From Dehalococcoidia bacterium (GTDB lineage: Bacteria; Chloroflexota; Dehalococcoidia; Lucifugimonadales; GCA-2712585): a stretch of DNA of 64,000 bases. The stretch is taken from assembly GCA_965247585.1 (NCBI GenBank), contig CBDFHC010000004.1, forward strand, positions 881,460 through 945,459, read 5' to 3'. A program made the translations under genes and the position numbers. The notes beneath the pieces are model-generated. The model was not told the DNA's origin. It worked only from the letters and a program-made list of their open reading frames with translations, and did no database searches. This document shows positions 37,800 to 46,996 of the stretch, piece after piece (position 1 is the stretch's first letter; each line of letters opens with the position of its first letter).

Positions 37800-38867
37800 C
37801 TAGTCCGCCCACTCCAGCGGCAACGCCTTGCCTCGCTTGGGCAAAGCCACCGTGGCATTCCCGTGGGCCGTGCGGTTTCCCCCTTGGTTATGCAACTCGA
37901 TAAAGCATTCCGCCAGTCCGTAGTCTCCCTGGTCAGTCAGCGCGGTGACCTCACCGGAAAGGGAGAGCACATCGCCCGCCAGGTCCATGCCGCGGTGCTC
38001 TATGTAGTAACGCCGCAGCCAACCCTGTTCCCCGGCAAACCGCATCAGCAGCTCGCCAAAGTACTGGTTCTTTAGGCTGCCGTTTACCACTACGTTGGGT
38101 AGGTTCTGCCGAAACATGGCGAAGGGAAGGTCCCAGTGGATACGGGCATAGTTCCCGTTGGCCGCCGCCCAGCGCACCAGGTGCGTTGTGGTCACCGGCC
38201 CTTTTGTAATCACCGGTAGTTTCTGCCCTACGGCAACATCCTCAAAGTGCCGCTGCGGTTGGGAGTCCCACGGCGGCGGTAAGACGCTCTCGTCTCTGTC
38301 CGGCGGCGACACCGCCGGCAGGCGCACCTGCGCCTGGTCATCCACAACGTGGCTGGAGTCCTCTTTCAACTCCCGAAAGATGTTCAGTCTTCGGGCCTTA
38401 ACTACCACCTCTCCCCTCTGGTTGGTCTGCGTCTCCTCCCGCTCTACAAAGACCAACATGCCGGAGCGGCCTTCCTTCTCGTACACATCGGTCACCCGAT
38501 AGCGCCGCGTCAGGAGGTCGCCAACGAAAGCGGGCCTGCAGAAAGTCCACTCGGCCCCTCCGTTAAAGCCGTAACTCTTGATGGTGGTTGGTATCTCCAG
38601 GATACCTTCCTGCCCGGCCCCAAAGTAGTTGACGGGTTGACGCCACTCCTTCCATGTGGCCAGGGGCGGGCAGACCAACCCCCCAAAGCGACCCCGGCGA
38701 GCGTGCCCCTCATCCAGAAAGAGTGGGTTGGGGTACTCGATTGCGTCCGCCAAGTCAAAGACCATCTCCCGGGAGATGGGAAACAGGTTGGTCTCGGGCT
38801 CGAAGGAGGTGCCCACCAGGGCCTTCACCTCCGGGGTGAGCATGGAACGCACCAAGGAATCTACCAC
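37800..38867 (-). CDS. double hot-dog fold (FAS1-like dehydratase N-domain + MaoC-like C-domain) acyl-CoA hydratase/dehydratase
   Basis: 355 aa. The two halves each have hot-dog-type sequence, and the C-terminal half has LVRWAAANGNYARIHWD (MaoC-like). First gene of a three-gene minus-strand operon. Confidence 0.7.
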   Translation of the reverse strand: MVDSLVRSMLTPEVKALVGTSFEPETNLFPISREMVFDLADAIEYPNPLFLDEGHARRGRFGGLVCPPLATWKEWRQPVNYFGAGQEGILEIPTTIKSYGFNGGAEWTFCRPAFVGDLLTRRYRVTDVYEKEGRSGMLVFVEREETQTNQRGEVVVKARRLNIFRELKEDSSHVVDDQAQVRLPAVSPPDRDESVLPPPWDSQPQRHFEDVAVGQKLPVITKGPVTTTHLVRWAAANGNYARIHWDLPFAMFRQNLPNVVVNGSLKNQYFGELLMRFAGEQGWLRRYYIEHRGMDLAGDVLSLSGEVTALTDQGDYGLAECFIELHNQGGNRTAHGNATVALPKRGKALPLEWAD

Positions 38868-38996
38868 TTGTCGAAGACTTGGCTCCGGGGATGCTACTAC
38901 GCCCCTGTCAAAGGGTCAACGGGACGCCGGGCTGGCGGGTCACCCCGTTTCGCCGTCGGTGCTATACTCTCGCCACCAAACCGCTGGAGGCCATCT

Positions 38997-40142
38997 ATGC
39001 AGCCCACGTCTCACCAAGCCCCAGTCTACCAACGATATGGGGTGCGGCCTATAATCAACGCTGCGGGAAGCGTCACGCGATTAGGGGGGTCCAGGACCCG
39101 TCGGGAGGCGCTGGCCGCCATGGAGCAGGCCGCCGGGACCTTGGTGGATATGACCGACCTGAACGCCAGGGCCGGCGAGGTCGTGGCCCGAGTCACTGGA
39201 GCGGAGGCGGGCTTCATCTGTAACGGCGCCGCCAGCGGGCTGATCCTTCAAGCAGCCGCTGTCATCGCGGGCAACGACCCCGTGAAAATGGCGCGCCTGC
39301 CCCAGACGGACGGCATGAAGAACCAGGTCATCATCCAAACCATGCACCGTTTCCCCTATGACCAGACGTACCGGGCGGCCGGGGCGGAGTTGGTAGTCAT
39401 CGGCACGGCGCGGCGCACCGAGGCGTGGGAGCTGGAGGGCGCCATAAACGAGCGTACCGCCGCAGTGGCGTTCCTCTTTTCGCCCTTCACAGCCCGCACC
39501 GGCCTATCGTTGCCGCAGGTTGCGGAGATCGCCCACGCCCGCGGCGTGCCAGTGATTGTGGACGGCGCCTCCATGGTCCCGCCCCGGGAGAATTTGACCA
39601 ACTATGTGAAGATGGGCGCGGACCTTATTAGCATCAGCGGTGGCAAGGGCATCCGGGGACCCCAAGGCTCCGGCCTCCTCTTCGGCCGCAGGGACCTGGT
39701 GAAGGCGGCATCGGCCAACGCCAGTCCCAACCAGTTCCTGGGCCGGGGTATGAAGGTGTCCAAGGAGCAAATTATCGGCTTCCTCACCGCGCTAGAGTTG
39801 TTTGTGGAGGAGGACGAAGAGGCGGAGATGGCCGAATACCGCCGGAAGGCCCAGCATATAGTGGACGCGCTGATAGAAATTCCGGGGCTCACCGTTTCCG
39901 TGCAGCATGATGAACACGATTTTCTCATCCCCACCGCGCTGATAAAAATGGAAGAGTCATGGAACGGCCCCACCAGGGCAGATCTCCTACAGGCCCTGGA
40001 GTCCGGCGACCCGGCCGTCCACCTCCAGGCAATTTTTCTGCCGGAGAACCAGGTGGCGGTCGACCCGTTCAACGTGGACAACGAAGAGCTGGATGTGCTG
40101 ATACGCAGGCTCCGGGAGGAGTTGCTGCGCAACGGTGGCTAG
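38997..40142 (+). CDS. SelA-like / DgaE-family PLP-dependent enzyme (not a bona fide SelA)
   Basis: ORF 38349-40142 trimmed to ATG 38997 (GGAGG 6 nt upstream). IINAAGSVTRLGGS...VTGAEAGFICNGAASGL and SGGKGIRGPQGSG (PLP-Lys context). Confidence 0.7.
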   Translation: MQPTSHQAPVYQRYGVRPIINAAGSVTRLGGSRTRREALAAMEQAAGTLVDMTDLNARAGEVVARVTGAEAGFICNGAASGLILQAAAVIAGNDPVKMARLPQTDGMKNQVIIQTMHRFPYDQTYRAAGAELVVIGTARRTEAWELEGAINERTAAVAFLFSPFTARTGLSLPQVAEIAHARGVPVIVDGASMVPPRENLTNYVKMGADLISISGGKGIRGPQGSGLLFGRRDLVKAASANASPNQFLGRGMKVSKEQIIGFLTALELFVEEDEEAEMAEYRRKAQHIVDALIEIPGLTVSVQHDEHDFLIPTALIKMEESWNGPTRADLLQALESGDPAVHLQAIFLPENQVAVDPFNVDNEELDVLIRRLREELLRNGG

Positions 40143-40183
40143 GCTCTAGTGGGATCAACTTGGCCCGCCATAATGGCCACTGA

Positions 40184-40849
40184 CTAGTACTTGGAGACGT
40201 TTATCTCCGTCAGCTTGCCAGTGACCAGGAAGATTACCCGCTCGGCTATGTTGGTGGCCCGGTCCGCTATACGCTCCAGGTCATGGGCCACCCAAAGAAG
40301 GTATGTAGCCCGCTTGATGGTCTTTGGGTCCTCCGCCATGAAACTGAGTAGCTCCCGGTACACCTGGTCGTAGATGTCGTCCACCTGATCGTCGTCGTTA
40401 CAGACCTGGTGCGCAGCCACGATGTCCCGGTTGACGAAGGCGTCCAGGCTGTGGCGCAGCATCCCTGTGGCCATCTCCGCCATTCGCGGTATATCAATCA
40501 GGGGTTTCAGCGGAGGCTCGTCGCCCATCATCAGGCTGATCTTACCAATTCCCTCGGCGTAGTCGGCCATGCGCTCCAACTCGACGGAAACATGGAGAAT
40601 GGTGACAAGAATCCGGAGGTCCCGGGCAACCGGGCCCTGGGTAGCCATCACGTTGATGCAGCGCTCTTCTATATCAAACCGCTTATGGTCAATGAAATCG
40701 TCTTCATTAATCACCTCGCGAGACGCCGTTAGGTCGCGGCGCTTGAGGGCGTCCAGCGACTTGGCAATGGCTTTCTCCACCATGTTCCCCATCATGAGGA
40801 GCTCATCCTCCAGCGCCCTTAACTGAGAGCCTAATGCCGACGTCACCAT
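40184..40849 (-). CDS. phoU: phosphate-signalling regulator PhoU
   Basis: 221 aa with two PhoU repeats, each with an E/DxxxD-type motif (ERMADYAEGI, ERIADRATNI). Downstream of pstB. Confidence 0.92.
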   Translation of the reverse strand: MVTSALGSQLRALEDELLMMGNMVEKAIAKSLDALKRRDLTASREVINEDDFIDHKRFDIEERCINVMATQGPVARDLRILVTILHVSVELERMADYAEGIGKISLMMGDEPPLKPLIDIPRMAEMATGMLRHSLDAFVNRDIVAAHQVCNDDDQVDDIYDQVYRELLSFMAEDPKTIKRATYLLWVAHDLERIADRATNIAERVIFLVTGKLTEINVSKY

Positions 40850-40861
40850 TGCCTATACCCC

Positions 40862-41794
40862 CTAGCCAAAACGGCCGGTTATGAATGCCTCTGTGCGCTC
40901 GTCCTTTGGCAAGGTGAAGACCTGGCGCGTATCCCCAACCTCTACCACAAATCCGGCCCGTTCCGGGTTCATAGTCATGAATATCGTCTTGTGCGAAATT
41001 CGGGCCGCCTGCTGGATATTGTGCGTCACAATTACGATGGTGTAATGCTGCGACAACTGCCTGATCAGGTCTTCAATAGCCTGCGTGGCCACCGGGTCCA
41101 AGGCTGAGCAAGGCTCATCCATCAGGATCACCTCCGGATGGACCGCCAACGCCCTGGCGATGCACAGCCTCTGCTGCTGGCCTCCAGAAAGGTTGGTTGC
41201 CCTTTCCTTCAGCCGGTCCTTCACCTCATCCCACAGCGCCGCGCGGCGGAGGGAGTCCTCCACCAGCCCGTCCATGTCCACATCAAAACCGTTGATCCGA
41301 GCGCCGAAGGCTACGTTGTCATAGATGGACTTGGGAAACGGGTTGGGCTTCTGGAATACCATGCCAATTCTGAACCGGATTTCCGTTGGGTCCACGGCAG
41401 GATGGTATATATCCAAATCGTTGACCAGCACCTGCCCCTCTATCCTGGCGCCGGAGATGGCGTCATTCATCCGGTTAAAGCAGCGAAGCAGCGTGCTCTT
41501 GCCACAGCCAGAGGGGCCAATAATGGCGGTTACCCTGTTCTCCTGGATGTCTATACTGATGTCTTGCAGCGCCACGAAGCCGCCATAAACAACTCTCAGA
41601 TTTCCGGTGGACAGCTTCTTGGAACCCGGCGCCGCGGAGGAAGCCGCCTCCGCATCCCGGGACAGCAAGTCATCGGCAATTCTGATGCGCGTGTCCGAAG
41701 GAGGGGCGCCGGAATCATCCAGGCCGGGACTTTTCTCCGCCTCCGCGGTGGTGGACCCGTGGTTTGGGTCCGTTGGCCGTTCTGATATTGTCAC
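40862..41794 (-). CDS. pstB: phosphate ABC transporter ATP-binding protein PstB (with ~55-aa low-complexity N-terminal extension)
   Basis: Walker [10 protein letters not shown], signature LSGGQQQRL, Walker B ILMDEP. Start placed at GTG 41794, overlapping the pstA stop (GTGA). The longer ORF-track version overlaps pstA out of frame. Confidence 0.88.
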   Translation of the reverse strand: MTISERPTDPNHGSTTAEAEKSPGLDDSGAPPSDTRIRIADDLLSRDAEAASSAAPGSKKLSTGNLRVVYGGFVALQDISIDIQENRVTAIIGPSGCGKSTLLRCFNRMNDAISGARIEGQVLVNDLDIYHPAVDPTEIRFRIGMVFQKPNPFPKSIYDNVAFGARINGFDVDMDGLVEDSLRRAALWDEVKDRLKERATNLSGGQQQRLCIARALAVHPEVILMDEPCSALDPVATQAIEDLIRQLSQHYTIVIVTHNIQQAARISHKTIFMTMNPERAGFVVEVGDTRQVFTLPKDERTEAFITGRFG

Positions 41795-42672
41795 CCTTCG
41801 CTCCTTCGCTGGAACTTGTTTCTCAGGATAACCGCCCCAGCGTTCATCACGAGCAGCATGACCAACAACACTATGATACCTGCTGCGGCAAGCCCCTGAA
41901 AATCTTCCTGTGGACGGGTGGTCCAGTTGAATATCTGAATTGGGAGCACCGTGAAGGGGTCCAGAGGGCTGGTAGGGCTGAAGGCGATGAAGGTGAGGGC
42001 GCCGATCATAATCAGCGGCGCCGTTTCGCCAATGCCTCTGGACAGGGCAAGGATGGTGCCCGTCAGGATCCCGGGGACGGCCTGGGGCAGCACTACATGC
42101 CATGTGGTCTGCCAACGGGTGGCCCCCAGGGCATACGAGCCCTGTCTTAAGGAGCCCGGCACGGCCCTGATCGCCTCCTGGGACGCTATGATGATGATGG
42201 GCAGGATCAGCAGCGAGATGGTCAGCGCCCCGGCCACGACACTTCGGTCCAGCGCCATCCCGCGCACAAAGATAGTGAGCCCCAGCATCCCGTAAACGAT
42301 TGAAGGAACACCCGCCAGGTTGGCGATGTTCAGCTTGATGGCGGAGATCAACCAGTGCTTGGGGGCGTATTCCTCCAGGTAGATGGAGGCGCCCACCCCC
42401 AGCGGGAAGGCGAACAGCGCGGTGAATCCCATCAACCAGAGTGTCCCCAAGAGGGCGGACCTGATGCCCGCCCGGGCAGGGAACCGGGAAGGGAAGCTGG
42501 TAATGAAGTCCCAGTCCAGCCATTTGGCACCGTCCGTCAGGACATCGACCACCAGCGCGCCCAGCACCACCATGCCCAGCAGCGTGGCCGCCAGAATGAG
42601 GCCAAAGAAGATTGCAGCCCGCTTCCGCTGGGCGGATCGTTGGCGCTCCGGAATGCTGGTGGCCGTCGCCAC
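41791..42672 (-). CDS. pstA: phosphate ABC transporter permease PstA
   Basis: 293 aa, multi-TM, with EAA-loop region [23 protein letters not shown]. Synteny supports the call. Confidence 0.9.
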   Translation of the reverse strand: MATATSIPERQRSAQRKRAAIFFGLILAATLLGMVVLGALVVDVLTDGAKWLDWDFITSFPSRFPARAGIRSALLGTLWLMGFTALFAFPLGVGASIYLEEYAPKHWLISAIKLNIANLAGVPSIVYGMLGLTIFVRGMALDRSVVAGALTISLLILPIIIIASQEAIRAVPGSLRQGSYALGATRWQTTWHVVLPQAVPGILTGTILALSRGIGETAPLIMIGALTFIAFSPTSPLDPFTVLPIQIFNWTTRPQEDFQGLAAAGIIVLLVMLLVMNAGAVILRNKFQRRSEG

Positions 42673-43634
42673 TAGTACTCCTCCCGGTAGCGCCGCACCA
42701 CCAGGTTCGCCACCACGTTCAACAGGAAGGTCATCACGAAGAGGGTCATACCTACAGCGAAGATGGTGAGGTACTCGATGGTGTCTTGAGGGGTGTCGCC
42801 CAGGCTGGTCTGCGCTATGTAAGCGGTCATGGTCTGCACCCCCTCAAAGGGGTTGGCCGTCAGGTTTGGGATGGAGCCTGCGGCCACGGTCACGATCATC
42901 GTCTCGCCTATGGCGCGAGAAATCGCCAAGATGAAGGCGGCAATGATGCCTGACAATGCGGCGGGCACCACTATTCGAAGGGAGACTTGAAGCCGGTTTG
43001 CTCCCAACGCGTAGGCCCCGTCTCTAAGGGACCTGGGCACGGCCATCATGGCGTCTTCGCTCAACGAAGAGACCATTGGAATGATCATGATTCCCATCAC
43101 TAGCGCGGCACTGGCAACGTTGAAGATGGCCGCATCAGGATTTACCAGGCGAACGACGTGGGGAGTCACGAAGGTGAGGGCGAAGAAGCCATATACCACC
43201 GTTGGTATGCCCGCCAGCACCTCAATGGCGGGCTTCACGATACGCCTGAGCCTGTCTGGGGCGTACTCGCTGAGGAAAATTGCCGTGGCCAGCCCAACAG
43301 GAAGCGCCACAATGGAGGCGCCCGCGGCTACCAGCAACGTCCCTCCAACCAACGGCCAGATGCCAAAGCTCTGCGGAACGAAGTTGGGCGTCCAATGGGT
43401 ACCGCCCAGGTAATCCCAAAAGGGCACCTGCCGGAAGAAATTCACCGTCTCCGTCATCAGGGTGACAATGATCCCTACGGTGGTCACCACGGAAACCAGG
43501 GCGCACAGCAAAAGAACGCCGTGAATGGTCCCCTCGCTCATCCGGCGGGCCCGCCGCGACCGGCCAATGGGAGGCATTCCTCCAGCGTTCCCTAAATTCG
43601 ACGGCACAGAGCTGCCTTGTCTAAGCGCCGCCAT
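42672..43634 (-). CDS. pstC: phosphate ABC transporter permease PstC
   Basis: 320 aa, multi-TM, with [19 protein letters not shown]. Synteny supports the call. Confidence 0.9.
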   Translation of the reverse strand: MAALRQGSSVPSNLGNAGGMPPIGRSRRARRMSEGTIHGVLLLCALVSVVTTVGIIVTLMTETVNFFRQVPFWDYLGGTHWTPNFVPQSFGIWPLVGGTLLVAAGASIVALPVGLATAIFLSEYAPDRLRRIVKPAIEVLAGIPTVVYGFFALTFVTPHVVRLVNPDAAIFNVASAALVMGIMIIPMVSSLSEDAMMAVPRSLRDGAYALGANRLQVSLRIVVPAALSGIIAAFILAISRAIGETMIVTVAAGSIPNLTANPFEGVQTMTAYIAQTSLGDTPQDTIEYLTIFAVGMTLFVMTFLLNVVANLVVRRYREEY

Positions 43635-43675
43635 TCAGCACACGACCATAGGGCGGTCAGTTATGATCAGGAGCG

Positions 43676-44686
43676 TCACTCCTCCGCCAACAGATCCTCA
43701 ATGGTTAAGCCCACCTGGGAACCACCGGGGAACATGGTACCGGTGACGCGGCCAAGCAACCGCTGGTTCACCAACTGGTACAACCCGGCAGGAAAGCCCA
43801 CGTAACCCACGTCCTTCACCAAAATCACGCTTTCAGGGTCCAGATAGAATTGGACAAACTCCACTACTTCCGGCTTATCCTCCAGGCTGCTCTTGCTTAC
43901 GTAAATCAACAGTGGCCGACTTAGCGGCTGGTACACGCCCCCACTGATGGTCTGTTCAGAGGGCAGCACACTCCCGCTGCCAGGGTCCACCGCCACCGGC
44001 TTCAACTTACCCTTGTTCTCTCCGTAGTAGGCGTAGCCAAAGTACCCCAGCGCAAATCTTTCGCTGGATACCGCTTGCACCAGGACGTTGTCGTTGGCCG
44101 ATGCGATGTAGTCCGGCCTGGAGGCGCCCTCCTCTCCAACAATGGCCTCAGTGAAATAGTCGAAGGAACCGGAATCAGTGTCTGCTCCTACCAGCAACAG
44201 CTTCTCGTCGGGCCAATGGGGGCGCACATCGGACCACCTCTCTACTTCAGAGCCCGGTTCCCAAATTCGTTTTAGCTCGTCCACTGTTATCGATGTGGCC
44301 CAATCGTTATCGGGATTCACTATGATCGAAAGCCCGTCAAAGGCGACGGGCAACTCCAGGAACTCGATGCCGTTCTTGGCACACAGCTCTATTTCGGACT
44401 GTTTTATCGGCCGAGAAGCATCCGAGATGTCCGTTTCGCCCCGGCAGAACTTTTTGAAACCGCCCCCAGTGCCTGAGACTCCCACCGTCAGCCTTACCCT
44501 TGGGTGGAGTAGCTGAAACTCTTCTGCCATCGCCTCGGTGATGGGGAAGACGGTGCTGGAGCCGTCCACCTTGACGGTCCCCGATAGACCGCTGCCCCCG
44601 CCACAGGCCAACAGCAACGACAGGGCCACTAAGGCCAGCAGCACTACCTTTCGAGGGGAGGTCAGGGCAGACAGATGTGGCTCCAC
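43676..44686 (-). CDS. pstS: phosphate ABC transporter substrate-binding lipoprotein PstS
   Basis: 336 aa. Lipobox LLLAC, then GSSTVFPI and DISDASRP, typical of the PstS family. Confidence 0.9.
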   Translation of the reverse strand: MEPHLSALTSPRKVVLLALVALSLLLACGGGSGLSGTVKVDGSSTVFPITEAMAEEFQLLHPRVRLTVGVSGTGGGFKKFCRGETDISDASRPIKQSEIELCAKNGIEFLELPVAFDGLSIIVNPDNDWATSITVDELKRIWEPGSEVERWSDVRPHWPDEKLLLVGADTDSGSFDYFTEAIVGEEGASRPDYIASANDNVLVQAVSSERFALGYFGYAYYGENKGKLKPVAVDPGSGSVLPSEQTISGGVYQPLSRPLLIYVSKSSLEDKPEVVEFVQFYLDPESVILVKDVGYVGFPAGLYQLVNQRLLGRVTGTMFPGGSQVGLTIEDLLAEE

Positions 44687-44745
44687 CGACAGGTATGCGT
44701 GGGGGTCATAACGGGCCTATGGTAGTGTGGTTGATGGCTGCTTCG

Positions 44746-44772
44746 TGTTAACGGATTGTTAACATTTGTTAG
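44746..44772 (-). promoter_or_regulatory. Pho box candidate: three direct (C/T)TAACA repeats at 10-11 bp spacing
   Basis: The minus strand reads CTAACAaatgTTAACAatccgTTAACA, 60-86 nt upstream of the pstS start. This matches the TT(A/T/C)ACA direct-repeat architecture known for PhoP/PhoB-type regulators. Confidence 0.5.
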
Positions 44773-44844
44773 CAGACGGCTAGAGTTCAGGATAGGGGGC
44801 GGCAGGGGGACCAACCGGACATAGGGGTTAGCAGCGGTGGAAGG

Positions 44845-46238
44845 CTACCGGGGTGGGGTTGACCGGTCGGCGGGGACGGTGAAGGAGAAGGTGCTGCCCT
44901 CGCCCTCCCGGCTCTCGGCCCAGATGCGGCCCCCGTGGGCTTCGACGATGTGCTTGGCGATGGCGAGGCCGAGGCCGGTGCCCCGGTCCTCCCGGGAGCG
45001 GTCAATCTTGTAGAACCGCTCGAAGGCGTGGGGCAGGTGCTCCGGGGCGATGCCGACACCACTGTCTTTGACCTGCACCTCAATGTTTCCGTTGTTGGCC
45101 AAGGTGTCAACCCGTACCGTGCCGCCGGGTCCGGTGAACTTGACGGCGTTCTCCACCAGGTTGGAGACGACCTGCTGGAGCCTGGCCTCATCTCCGATGG
45201 CCCGGGGAAGGCCTACGGCGGGCTGGACGGAGAGACGGACGTTCCTGGCGTTTGCCAGCGGGCGGTGGAGCTCCACGGCTTCGGCGAGGGGCTTGTGGAT
45301 GTCCAGGCTTTCGAGGTGGAGCACGGCCTCACCGCTTTCCAGCCGGGAGAGGTTTAGCAGCTCTTCTACCATTCGCGTCATGCGGTCAACGTTTCTATGG
45401 ATCCGCTCCATGAACTGGGCGGCGACGTCCGGCTCTGCCAGGGCGCCGTTTTCGAGGGTCTCCACCGCGGCCTTGACCGAGGCGAGGGGGGTGCGGAGCT
45501 CATGGGAGACGTTGGCGACGAACTCCCGGCGGGTGGTCTCTACGCGGCGGGCCTGGGTGAGGTCATGGAGGACGAGGAGGACACGATCTCCGGCGGGGGA
45601 GGCCAGGGGCGACGCGATGACGCTGAGGTACCTTCGGCTGGGCGAGAGCTCCAACTCCAGGTGCTGTGGCGAACCGGCCTGCTGGCACAGGGCCACCAGG
45701 CTGTTCAGCTCATGGTCCCGTACCACCTCAACGAACCGGGCGACGGAACTCTGGGGCGCCGAGAGCGCTAAAAGCTCCTCCGCGGCGGGGTTCTGGAGGC
45801 TGATGTTGCCGCTGGCGTCTATGAGGACCACGCCATCGCTCATGGTGGCGAGAACGGTGGAGAGACGGTCTCGCTGGGAGGAAGACTCGGTGATCATCTG
45901 CTTCAAGGCAGCCGCCATGGCGTTGAAGGCTTCGGCGAGCTCCTGGGTCTCTTCGGAGGAGCCCGCAGGGATACGGTGGTCGAGGTCGCCGGCGGCCAGC
46001 TTTCGGGCGGCATCGGTAAGGTTGCGGATGGAGCGGGTGCTTCGACGGGCGATAAGGTAGGCGAGGACGACGGCGAGGAATGCCACTACCGCGGCGGCGA
46101 TGCCGGTGGTGCGAATGATTCGACCAGAATTGCTACCCTGGGCGTCCACCACCAGGAATACGGTGACTACTGTCATGGCCGCCAGGATGAGCAGCATGTA
46201 GGCCAGGGCAATGCGCCACTGGATGCTGCGCGGCGCTC

Positions 46239-46242
<4 letters not shown>
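44845..46242 (-). CDS. phoR: sensor histidine kinase (PhoR/SenX3-like: TM-HAMP-PAS-HisKA-HATPase)
   Basis: 465 aa. H-box FVANVSHELRTPL, N/G boxes (NLVENAVKF, DSGVGI, GTGLGLAI). Overlaps the upstream regulator gene by 4 nt. Confidence 0.85.
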
Positions 46243-46940
<698 letters not shown>

Positions 46941-46996
46941 GGGGGTATTGTAGCAGGGGGGTGGGAGGTGGGGCTGATCCCCTCATTAGCCGAACT

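Noticed and set aside
38349-38996. 216-aa N-terminal extension of the SelA-like ORF
   Set aside because: It runs antisense through the MaoC-like gene and is low in complexity. A good ATG with GGAGG at 38997 begins the recognisable family sequence.
38997-40142. SelA-like gene as evidence for selenocysteine machinery supporting the Sec-peroxiredoxin call
   Set aside because: The protein is 381 aa and belongs to the DgaE/SelA-related group rather than true selenocysteine synthase. It says nothing about Sec decoding capacity.
41795-42523. Upstream 240 codons of the 553-aa ORF containing pstB
   Set aside because: This part overlaps pstA out of frame and has no ABC-ATPase features. GTG 41794 overlaps the pstA stop (GTGA), as expected for a coupled operon.
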